NCBI GenBank assembly: GCA_035479295.1
Contig: DATIIV010000012.1
Coordinates: 1,010 to 65,009 of the forward strand
Direction of reading: 5' to 3'
Source of the DNA: Candidatus Saccharimonadia bacterium
GTDB lineage: Bacteria > Patescibacteriota > Saccharimonadia > UBA4664
DNA: 64,000 bases
The notes beneath the pieces were generated by a model. That model searched no databases and was not told the DNA's origin. It worked only from the letters and a program-made list of their open reading frames with translations. A program made the position numbers and the translations under genes. Shown here in pieces: positions 56,709-64,000 of this stretch. The stretch's first letter is position 1; every line of letters starts with the position of its first letter.

Positions 56709-57664
56709 TGGCCGCTGCCGCGCCGCGCGAGGTCATCATTGTGGGGGCTGGGCCGTCAGGCCTGACGGCCGCCATTTACGCGGCCCGAGCCGGCCTCAAG
56801 CCGCTGCTGTTTGAGGGCGAGCCCATCGCCAACAACGACCTGCCCGGCGGCCAGCTCATGAACACCACCGAGGTCGAGAATTTTCCTGGGTTTCCTAATG
56901 GGCTAATGGGGCCAGATCTCATTAAAGGCATGCGCGACCAGGCGGTGCGGTTTGGCACCGAGATCATCGCTCGCCGCATCACCAAAGTCGATTTGATGGC
57001 CTCGCCGCGGCGCGTGTGGGCGGGAGACCAAGCGTATACGGCGCGGTCAATCATCATCTCCACCGGCGCCAAGGCTCGCATGCTCGATCTGCCCGGCATT
57101 TGGGATCGGGTGGGTCACGGCGTCTCCACCTGCGCCACGTGCGACGGCTTCTTCTTTCGCGATCACGACATTGTGGTAGTGGGTGGTGGCGATGCGGCCA
57201 TCGAGGAAGCGACCTTTTTGAGCCGTTTCGCTCGGAGTGTCACCGTGGTGCACCGCCGCGACAGCCTACGCGCCAGCAAAGTTATGGAGCAGCGGGCGCA
57301 GGCCGATCCCAAGATTAAATGGCGCTGGAATGCCGAGGTGACCGGGCTGCAGGGCGAGGACAAGCTTACCGGCCTGCAGCTGCGCGACACCCAGACCGGC
57401 GCCACCGACGAGCTGGCAGCTACCGGCCTCTTTATCGCCATTGGCCATCTGCCCAATTCGGACCTTTTTAAGGACCAGCTTGCGCTCGATGCGGCCGGCT
57501 ATATTGTCGCCGATGACACCCGCACCAACGTGCCCGGCGTCTTTGCCTGCGGCGACGTGCAGGATCCGCATTATCGCCAGGCTATCACCTCGGCTGGCTC
57601 GGGCTGCATGGCGGCGCTTAATGCGCAGAATTGGTTGGCCGACCAGGCCGCGGCCGCCGTATGA
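56708..57664 (+). CDS. trxB: thioredoxin-disulfide reductase
   Basis: GAGPSG FAD motif, CATCDGFFF redox CxxC and GGGDAA NADPH motif. Confidence 0.85.
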   Translation: MAAAAPREVIIVGAGPSGLTAAIYAARAGLKPLLFEGEPIANNDLPGGQLMNTTEVENFPGFPNGLMGPDLIKGMRDQAVRFGTEIIARRITKVDLMASPRRVWAGDQAYTARSIIISTGAKARMLDLPGIWDRVGHGVSTCATCDGFFFRDHDIVVVGGGDAAIEEATFLSRFARSVTVVHRRDSLRASKVMEQRAQADPKIKWRWNAEVTGLQGEDKLTGLQLRDTQTGATDELAATGLFIAIGHLPNSDLFKDQLALDAAGYIVADDTRTNVPGVFACGDVQDPHYRQAITSAGSGCMAALNAQNWLADQAAAAV

Positions 57665-58707
57665 GCCTGTTACGCGCCTTTCGTTGGCCGCTGGCACTGA
57701 GCGCCGCCGCTTTGCTGGCTACATGGTGGTGGCTTGGACCCGAAACGGCGCTGCTGGTAGCCATTTTGGCCGTGCTGGAGATCTCGCTGTCGTTCGACAA
57801 CGCGGTGGTAAATGCCAAAGTGCTGGGCCGCATGAGCCGCCGGTGGCAGAGCCTGTTCCTAACCCTAGGTATTGCCATCGCTGTGTTTGGTATGCGGCTG
57901 GTTTTTCCCTTGTTGATCGTCAGCCTGGCCGGCCACCTCGGGCCCGTCGAGGTGTTACGGTTGGCCATGAACGCGCCCGACCAGTACGCCGCCATCCTCA
58001 CTCAGGCCCATCCGGCCATCGCGGCCTTCGGCGGCACTTTTTTGCTCATGCTCTTCCTCGACTTTGTCTTTGAAGATCGCGAGATTAAGTGGCTGCGGCG
58101 ACTCGAGTGGGCCTTGGCCAAGCTGGGTCGGCTCGAGAATCTAACCGTTATTGTTACCCTGGTGGTGCTGGCTACGGCCGCGCTCGGCCTGAGCGCAGAT
58201 AATCCGGCCGTAGTGCTCTGGCCGGGCATTTTGGGCATGGTAACGTACCTGGTACTAACGAGCTTAACCGGTCTCTTCCAGATTAGCCGCGTGGCTGGCT
58301 CGCGCGCGCTTAAGGGCCAGACCGCTCAGGCCATTGCCCGGGCTGGTCTGCTCAGCTTTATCTACCTGGAGGTGCTCGATGCCAGCTTTAGCTTCGACGG
58401 CGTCATTGGCGCCTTTGCCATTACTAACCAGATCTTTCTGATCGCGCTGGGTCTGGGCATTGGGGCGCTGTTTGTGCGGTCGATGACGGTGTATTTTGTG
58501 CGCCGCCGCATTCTGGCCCGCTACATTTATCTGGAGCATGGAGCGCACTATGCGGTGGGTGTGCTAGCGCTCATTCTGCTCATCACCATTCGCTACGACG
58601 TGCCCGAGCCGGTTACAGGTTTGATCGGTATCGGTTTTATCGCTATCGCTTTCCTCGACTCGCGCGAGTATCGGCGGCAGCATACCGAGGCCGTGCATCA
58701 GCTGTAA
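57661..58707 (+). CDS. DUF475/TerC-related integral membrane protein
   Basis: ..LEISLSFDNAVV.. and ..LDASFSFDGVIGAF.. repeat motifs. Its ATG overlaps the trxB stop (ATGA). Confidence 0.55.
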   Translation: MSLLRAFRWPLALSAAALLATWWWLGPETALLVAILAVLEISLSFDNAVVNAKVLGRMSRRWQSLFLTLGIAIAVFGMRLVFPLLIVSLAGHLGPVEVLRLAMNAPDQYAAILTQAHPAIAAFGGTFLLMLFLDFVFEDREIKWLRRLEWALAKLGRLENLTVIVTLVVLATAALGLSADNPAVVLWPGILGMVTYLVLTSLTGLFQISRVAGSRALKGQTAQAIARAGLLSFIYLEVLDASFSFDGVIGAFAITNQIFLIALGLGIGALFVRSMTVYFVRRRILARYIYLEHGAHYAVGVLALILLITIRYDVPEPVTGLIGIGFIAIAFLDSREYRRQHTEAVHQL

Positions 58708-58871
58708 GAAGGTTAAATAGTGCTGGCGCGTTGAGCTCTCGTTGATTCTTTCCGCATAATATATCGGCAAACGTAATATACGGCCGCCGTACTTTTATAA
58801 CGTTTGCCGATATATAAGCTAGAGAGGCTAGGTGGGGGCTCTGCCGCCGGGGCTGCGGCCGTCGACTAAGC

Positions 58872-59810
58872 CTACCGCTCGCCAACCACGCCGATCTCGG
58901 GATGCAGCTCGTAGCCGGTAGCGGCCTTAACCTCACGCTGCACCAGCTCGATCAGGGCCAGCACGTCGGCGGCGGTGGCGTCGCCCAAGTTCAAGATGTA
59001 GTTGGCGTGCTGCTCGGAGATCTGGGCGCCGCCGATGCGTCGGCCTTTGAGCCCCGCCTGATCGATCAGGCGGCCGGCGCCAACACCCTCAATCTTCTTG
59101 AAGATTGAGCCACACGACGGCCACTCGGGCAACTGCGGCTGCTTGGCTCGGCGCCAGGTGGCGTTGGCCTGCATCTGCAGCTCAATGGCCGGCTTGGGCC
59201 GTGGCTTTAGGCCAAATGTTACCTCCAGCACCACTAGCGGCTGGCGATGCAGGATGCTGTAGTCGTAGTCGAACTCAAAGAAGTCCCGGTCGACGATCTT
59301 AATCTCGCCGGCCGCCGTTAATACCTTGGCGCGGCGCACTACCTCGGCAATGTAGAGCGTGCGATCGCTGCGCAGCTCGCCGGTGGTCTGCCAGTGCGGT
59401 GCGTCCACGCTGGCAAAGTGCAGGTTCTGCCACATGGCACCCCCCACCGACGAAGGAATCAGTGTGTAGTGCTCCAGGCCCGACAGACCATAGGCGGCCG
59501 CTAGCTCAATCAGCTCCGCGATAGTGGCGCCGCTTTCGGCCGTCAGGCTATGGCCGTGCACCACAGAGCGGTCGGCCCGATTGCGAATCACCAGCCCGCG
59601 AAAGCCCCGATCAGTCACCAAGATGTTGGCCCCGGTACCGAGCAAAAAATACGGCATGTGGGCCGCTCGTGCCGCCAATATCGCCGCCATCAGCTCGGGT
59701 TCATTGTGCACTTCCACAAAGTAATCGGCCGGTCCACCAATCTGGTAAGTGGTATAGGGCGCCAGCCGGACATCACGCTGAAGGTTGGGTAGCTTAAGCA
59801 TCACCCTCAT
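58872..59810 (-). CDS. murB: UDP-N-acetylenolpyruvoylglucosamine reductase
   Basis: ..YTTYQIGGPADYFVEV..LLGTGANILV... The C-terminus is typical of MurB. Confidence 0.85.
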   Translation of the reverse strand: MRVMLKLPNLQRDVRLAPYTTYQIGGPADYFVEVHNEPELMAAILAARAAHMPYFLLGTGANILVTDRGFRGLVIRNRADRSVVHGHSLTAESGATIAELIELAAAYGLSGLEHYTLIPSSVGGAMWQNLHFASVDAPHWQTTGELRSDRTLYIAEVVRRAKVLTAAGEIKIVDRDFFEFDYDYSILHRQPLVVLEVTFGLKPRPKPAIELQMQANATWRRAKQPQLPEWPSCGSIFKKIEGVGAGRLIDQAGLKGRRIGGAQISEQHANYILNLGDATAADVLALIELVQREVKAATGYELHPEIGVVGER

Positions 59811-59852
59811 TGTAGCAGATTGGTATCAGGGAATTGGCCTAAATGCCCATTG

Positions 59853-60260
59853 TTAAAGCGTTTGGCGAGCGCTTTGCAGACTGCTCACCAGTTCCAGCAA
59901 TTGCTTGGCCTCGATCTCGGTTACCGGCGCCCCGGTACTATCGCCGGTTGTCGAATTACCCGCGCCAGCCCCAAAGATCATGTTGTTCTGGTACTTCTCG
60001 AGCCGGTGGTCGCCAAAGAGCTGGTAGCCCGTCTCGTGCACCCCGCCCTTAACGCGCTGCAGCACTTGCACCTTAATGCGCGGCACAGTTAGCTCAGCCA
60101 CATTACAACGGGTTAGGTAAACCAGGAGATTATTGCTAGTTAAATACTTTTTGGTGGCAATGGCCGTATTAGCATCCGCCAACTTGTCGGCCAAATACCA
60201 CGATACGCTATTTTCTAGCGCCGTTTTGCTGTCTTCGCTGACGAGTTCTGGATCGCTCAT
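59853..60260 (-). CDS. hypothetical protein upstream of murB (start uncertain)
   Basis: ORF extends to 60377. ATG 60260 (MSDPEL..) is chosen to avoid overlap with the divergent gene. Confidence 0.3.
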   Translation of the reverse strand: MSDPELVSEDSKTALENSVSWYLADKLADANTAIATKKYLTSNNLLVYLTRCNVAELTVPRIKVQVLQRVKGGVHETGYQLFGDHRLEKYQNNMIFGAGAGNSTTGDSTGAPVTEIEAKQLLELVSSLQSARQTL

Positions 60261-60335
60261 AGCCCTAAGCTTAAGCTTTATGATTGACGCCTGTCCAGTC
60301 CTGATGGATACTAGGCTAGTAAGAGGCATTATTTT

Positions 60336-61187
60336 GTGGCAACTACCGAACCTAACACGTCCACCGTTTCGTACCATTCCAATCCGCTCGAGCTAATTCG
60401 GCCTAGCATTAACGGCGTGGGCCAGATTTGGCTGCAATACGTTAGCGCCGTCTTTTTGTATCTGGCGGCGATTTTACTGTCGTTGGTTATCGCTGGAATC
60501 GTGGCCTGGGTCGCGCGGAGTGCCGGCGCCTCCACGGCCGTCGTTATTCTCGAGGCCATGGTGGTTGGGCTTATTCTGCTGGTGGGCGCCTCGGTCTTCT
60601 TTATGCCGGCGTTCTATCGCATTATTCTGGCAGCGGCCCATCACAAGCAAATTGTGCTGAGCCAGGCCTTTGAGGACAACTGGAATATGGGTGTGCGCTT
60701 GGTGTTGACGCAGCTGCTGGCCGGTGTGTTCATTTTGGCTGGCCTCATTCTGCTTATCGTGCCCGGCTTAATTCTGATAGCCTGGTTTGCCTTTGTGCCC
60801 TATGTCGTCATCGAAGAGAAGCTGAGTGGGCTCGAGGCGCTGCGTCGTAGCCGCGACCTGGGCCGAGGTCGGCTCTGGGAGGTCTGGGGCGTACTTGGCC
60901 TCGGCGCTAGCGTTGGCATCCTCAACCTTGTGCCGGTTATTGGCGGCATTCTTAATGCGGTGGCGGCGTTCTTCCTGATCCCAGCAACGGCCTTGCGCTA
61001 TCTTGAGTTGCAGCAGCTTAAGGCCTCCAGCAGCGCTAGCAAGGTGCCGGTGAACGGCTGGAACTACGGCCTCGTCGTGATTGCTCTTTTGGTGCTTGTC
61101 CTTAGCTCTAGCTCGTTAGCCCGTAACTCTCACCCCACCACCGGCTCTAGCATTCTGCCCACACCAGCCCAAAACCGGCCGTACTAG
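60336..61187 (+). CDS. hypothetical polytopic membrane protein (283 aa)
   Basis: GTG start. 6 TM with a central amphipathic region. Confidence 0.5.
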   Translation: MATTEPNTSTVSYHSNPLELIRPSINGVGQIWLQYVSAVFLYLAAILLSLVIAGIVAWVARSAGASTAVVILEAMVVGLILLVGASVFFMPAFYRIILAAAHHKQIVLSQAFEDNWNMGVRLVLTQLLAGVFILAGLILLIVPGLILIAWFAFVPYVVIEEKLSGLEALRRSRDLGRGRLWEVWGVLGLGASVGILNLVPVIGGILNAVAAFFLIPATALRYLELQQLKASSSASKVPVNGWNYGLVVIALLVLVLSSSSLARNSHPTTGSSILPTPAQNRPY

Positions 61188-61218
61188 CGCCAAAGCTAGC
61201 AACTTTGCCCCAGATCGG

Positions 61219-61224
61219 TATAAT
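61219..61224 (+). promoter_or_regulatory. -10 box TATAAT upstream of tRNA-Arg
   Basis: Sequence is gatcggTATAATagggga, about 17 nt before the tRNA 5' end. Confidence 0.3.
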
Positions 61225-61240
61225 AGGGGAGCATTGGCGT

Positions 61241-61316
61241 GCGCCCGTAGCTCAGGGGATAGAGCACCAGTTTCCGGTACTGGGTGTCGGGGGTTCAAAT
61301 CCCTCCGGGCGCACCA
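61241..61316 (+). tRNA. tRNA-Arg (anticodon CCG), CCA encoded
   Basis: GCGCCCG acceptor paired with CGGGCGC. D-arm GCTC/GAGC. Anticodon stem CCAGT/ACTGG with loop TTCCGGT. T-arm GGGGG/CCCTC with TTCAAAT loop. Discriminator A plus CCA. Confidence 0.85.
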
Positions 61317-61404
61317 TGGAATTATTTCAGATTAAAACGTGTTCCATAGTATGGGTGACCTCGCGCCCCTTTCTGGCCCTAGGCGGCTGGACTATACTTT
61401 TAAT

Positions 61405-62016
61405 ATGACCGACCGTTTAACGCATCCTCAAATCGAGAAGCTGATTACCCAAGTTTTGCTACCGTTTTATCACGTTCGGCGCGATATACCATTGCCTATT
61501 GGTGAGCGACGCCTAGAAAACGACGCGGAACACTCTTGGTCTCTGGCGTTCTTGGCTAGCTGCTTGGCGCCGCAAATCGACAAGGGCCTTGATGTGGGCA
61601 AGGTCTGCCAGTTTGCCATCGTACATGATCTGGTAGAGGTGTACGCTGGCGACACGGCTGTTCACGGCAACGCCGACCATATCCGCACTAAGGCGGCCAG
61701 AGAAGAGGCGGCAGCTAAGAAGATCGCGACAGAGTTTTCGCACATGCCCTGGATCACCGAGACCATCGCAACATATGAGCAGCGAGACTGTAATGAGGCT
61801 AAGTTTGTCTACGCCCTCGACAAGTATTTGCCAGTCTTCTTCGATTATCTTGATAAATCACGCTATTTTCGAGAAAAGAAAATGTCATTGGCCGCGTATA
61901 ACCAGAGCCTAGAGGAGCACCGCCAGAAAGCTCATATGCATCCGACGGTTGGGAAGTATTATGATGAGGTTCGAGCTCTTGTCGACACCCATCCTGAATA
62001 TTTTTATGATAGCTAA
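61405..62016 (+). CDS. HD-domain protein, YfbR-like 5'-deoxynucleotidase family (HD_3)
   Basis: ..ENDAEHSWSLAFLA..AIVHDLVEVYAGDT.. TATACT lies 6 nt upstream of ATG 61405, suggesting a leaderless transcript. Confidence 0.55.
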   Translation: MTDRLTHPQIEKLITQVLLPFYHVRRDIPLPIGERRLENDAEHSWSLAFLASCLAPQIDKGLDVGKVCQFAIVHDLVEVYAGDTAVHGNADHIRTKAAREEAAAKKIATEFSHMPWITETIATYEQRDCNEAKFVYALDKYLPVFFDYLDKSRYFREKKMSLAAYNQSLEEHRQKAHMHPTVGKYYDEVRALVDTHPEYFYDS

Positions 62017-62146
62017 TAGGCGGTTTTCGACACTTCTTCCAAATACTTTGTCACTTTTGTCAAACTTTATTGAACTTTCGTACAAAATGATCTAAACTCC
62101 ATAACGGTGTCTGGCAGTTAAGCCCGACGGTTTGTGGAGTTTTTTG

Positions 62147-62278
62147 ATGTCGAGTAGTCCTTATCAATCGCTTGTTGAGCTGTATCTCTTCTTTTTGGCG
62201 AGTGTATTGGTCATTAATGTGGTAGCGGTAGCGGCCAAGTGGTTAGTGGCGCGGCGTCGGCGGACCGATGAAGCGTAA
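62147..62278 (+). CDS. small TM protein (43 aa), hypothetical
   Basis: MSSSPYQSLVELYLFFLASVLVINVVAVAAKWLVARRRRTDEA. It is shorter than 60 aa, so it is not in the ORF track. Confidence 0.3.
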   Translation: MSSSPYQSLVELYLFFLASVLVINVVAVAAKWLVARRRRTDEA

Positions 62279-62912
62279 GCTGCAGCGCGGCCTTAATTGG
62301 GCGACGCGCACGGTGCTGATGACGGCCTCGGGCTTGTTTACGCTGTTCATCTTTGCCAATAGCTACGAGCTGGCCTTTGATCGGCCGCTGCCCCTGCCGC
62401 TGGCCTCGGCGGTAGCCAAGGTGGACCTGAGCCCATTCACCAACCTCGTGCATCCGGCCGACGCTCTGGCCTCGAGTGCCGCTGAGCGGGTGGGCAACTA
62501 TGGCCAGCCCAACACGCTGCGCCTGCCCACGCGCCAGATTAAGTTGCCGCTAGCGCCGGCCATCGTAGCCGACGACGTTTGGGCCGCTCGCTCCAACACT
62601 GGCCACTTTATGGTGGTGGGGCCGGCCAAGGGCGGCAACCTGGGCGATCTGTTTGTGTACATGCGGCAGAGCTGGCGCACCATCGATCAGCCGCGCCAAA
62701 TCGTGGCCGGCGACAATCTGTTCGTCGACACCGACAAGGGCTGGCGCTACATGTACCGCGTGAGCGAGACGCAGGCCATTCCGGAGAGCTCGCGTTATGT
62801 GCTAGCCGACAGCCGCGTCAGCCAGATCGTGTTGACCGTCGAGAATGCTAGCAGCCATAGCGTCACCATCATTAAGGCCGACTTTGTCAGCGTCCAGAGT
62901 ATCGATCAATGA
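62268..62912 (+). CDS. sortase-fold-like membrane-anchored protein lacking the catalytic Cys (pseudo-sortase candidate)
   Basis: N-terminal TM. IKLPLAPAIVAD, NTGHFMVVGPA and GDNLFVDTDKGWRYMYRV align by eye with sortase blocks. The TLxTC position reads IVLTVE, so there is no Cys in the mature region. Confidence 0.4.
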   Translation: MKRKLQRGLNWATRTVLMTASGLFTLFIFANSYELAFDRPLPLPLASAVAKVDLSPFTNLVHPADALASSAAERVGNYGQPNTLRLPTRQIKLPLAPAIVADDVWAARSNTGHFMVVGPAKGGNLGDLFVYMRQSWRTIDQPRQIVAGDNLFVDTDKGWRYMYRVSETQAIPESSRYVLADSRVSQIVLTVENASSHSVTIIKADFVSVQSIDQ

Positions 62913-63999
62913 GCGAGCACTGGTTTATTACCCTGCGTAACTGGGGCGCCTTTTTTGCGGCTGTTATGCTCTTTAAGTACTATGTTTTCCTGTTGGTTTC
63001 GCCGTTTTATGATGTTAAAGAGGCGCGGCGGCGTCGGCGGGTGGCAGCGCTGCACCTAACGGCGCCGTATCGGCCGCTGGTCTCAGTAATTGTGCCGGCC
63101 TGGAACGAGGAGGTGGGCATTCTGCGGACGGTGCGGTCGCTGCTGGCCAGTACGTATCCCAATATCGAGATTGTGGTCGTTAACGATGGCTCCACCGATC
63201 GCTCGCATGCCAAGATGCAAGCGTATCTGGAGGAGCTCAGCCACGCTAATCGCGATCATCACGGCAAGATTCGCTACTTTTACAAGCCCAACGGCGGCAA
63301 GGGCCACACACTCAACTTTGGCATCGAGCGGTCACGCGGCCAGATCGTGGTGACCATGGACGCGGACTCGGTCTTTGAGCCGACGGCCATCGCCAACCTA
63401 GTCGAGTACTTTAAAGATCCCACCGTCGATGCGGCGGTAGGCAATGTGCGCGTGGCCACCAACAACACGCTGATCGGCCGCATTCAGCGCTTGGAGTATC
63501 TCTTTGGCTTTTATTACAAGCGCGCCCACTCGGTGATGGGCGCCGAGTACATTTACGGCGGCGCCTGCGCGGCTTTTCGGCGCAGTAGCACCTTCGATCG
63601 CATCGGTCTCTTCGACGCCGTCAACAAGACTGAGGATATCGAGATGTCGCTGCGCACGCGCTACCACGGCCTTAAGTCGGTCTATGCCGAGGATGTGGTC
63701 TGCTACACCGAGGGCGCCTCGACCGTGCGCGGCCTCATCAATCAGCGGCTGCGATGGAAGAAGGGCCGCTTCGACACCTTTGGTAAGTATCGCCGTATGT
63801 TCTTCTCGCTTGATCGGCGCCACAACCCGGCCCTGAGCTGGTTCGTGCTGCCGTACTGCCTGCTGGCTGAGTTCCAGCTGCTGTTCGAGCCCATTGGCTT
63901 TACGCTGTTGCTGGCCTACAGCTTCTTGTCGGGCGACTACATTTCATTGGCGCTGGGCGTACTCTTTGTGGCCATCACCTACATTGTAGTGTCGATCTT
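62908..63999 (+). CDS. family 2 glycosyltransferase, processive synthase type (PgaC/BcsA-like), 3'-truncated at window edge
   Basis: ..VSVIVPAWNEE..VVVNDGSTD.., DAD, TED and the QRLRWKKG (QxxRW) motif. Its ATG overlaps the upstream stop (ATGA). Confidence 0.75.
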
Positions 64000-64000
64000 T

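Noticed and set aside
59853-60377. Full 174-aa extent of the - strand ORF upstream of murB
   Set aside because: The upstream part overlaps the divergent membrane-protein gene start (60336). A shorter start at 60260 was adopted with low confidence.
63398-63823. 141-aa - strand ORF
   Set aside because: It is antisense to the GT2 gene, which has unambiguous glycosyltransferase motifs.

Overview
This is a high-GC (roughly 60-65% by eye) bacterial chromosomal segment, densely coding and mostly on the + strand. Five visibly AT-richer patches interrupt it, at 1-3100, 17900-19700, 46200-46750, 48600-51350 and 60100-62250. Lineage cues are leaderless -10 promoters, a mycothiol-type MDMPI_N domain and an EXLDI-family protein. 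These are compatible with an Actinobacteria-like or streamlined high-GC organism, but I cannot assign the taxon from sequence alone. No rRNA, CRISPR array, transposase or integrase gene is visible.

Recognisable blocks:
- **Cassette-like low-GC island at the left edge (1-3100):** a truncated HATPase_c_4 ATPase, an RBBP9/YdeN-like hydrolase, a HIT-like gene and a GNAT gene. The GNAT gene is bracketed by ~45-bp direct repeats.
- **ABC-F ATPase** at 3274-4755.
- **Surface-protein module:** a GLUG-repeat secreted protein with an overlapping class-F-like sortase.
- **Small convergent module:** an EXLDI/RHH-like protein plus a glycine-zipper mini membrane protein.
- **Copper/metal block:** cupredoxin-like protein, an HMA-less P1B ATPase (CPC motif), a 45-aa membrane peptide, CorA, and a HupE/UreJ-like transporter.
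- **Overlapping triad:** an HD phosphohydrolase, a C39/papain-like peptidase and a MORN(YwqK-like) protein.
- **Complete cytochrome bo3 quinol oxidase operon** cyoABCD-cyoE; cyoE has no canonical start codon.
- **Transporters:** several ABC-2 and MacB/FtsX modules and a DHA2 MFS pump.
- **Secreted NHL-repeat/SGNH hydrolase fusion.**
- **Deoxyribonucleotide supply island:** cobA (AdoCbl adenosyltransferase), class II B12-dependent RNR nrdJ, nrdR, divergent trxA-trxB, and a DUF475 gene.
- **Right end:** murB, tRNA-Arg(CCG), a YfbR-like HD protein, a sortase-like protein lacking the catalytic Cys, and a partial GT2 synthase.

A recurring feature is a TAnnnT -10 box 6-7 nt upstream of the start codon. 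I verified this at more than ten genes, which implies widespread leaderless transcripts. Several perfect GC-rich hairpins act as shared terminators for convergent genes.

All functional calls are by eye from motifs. No database search was run.
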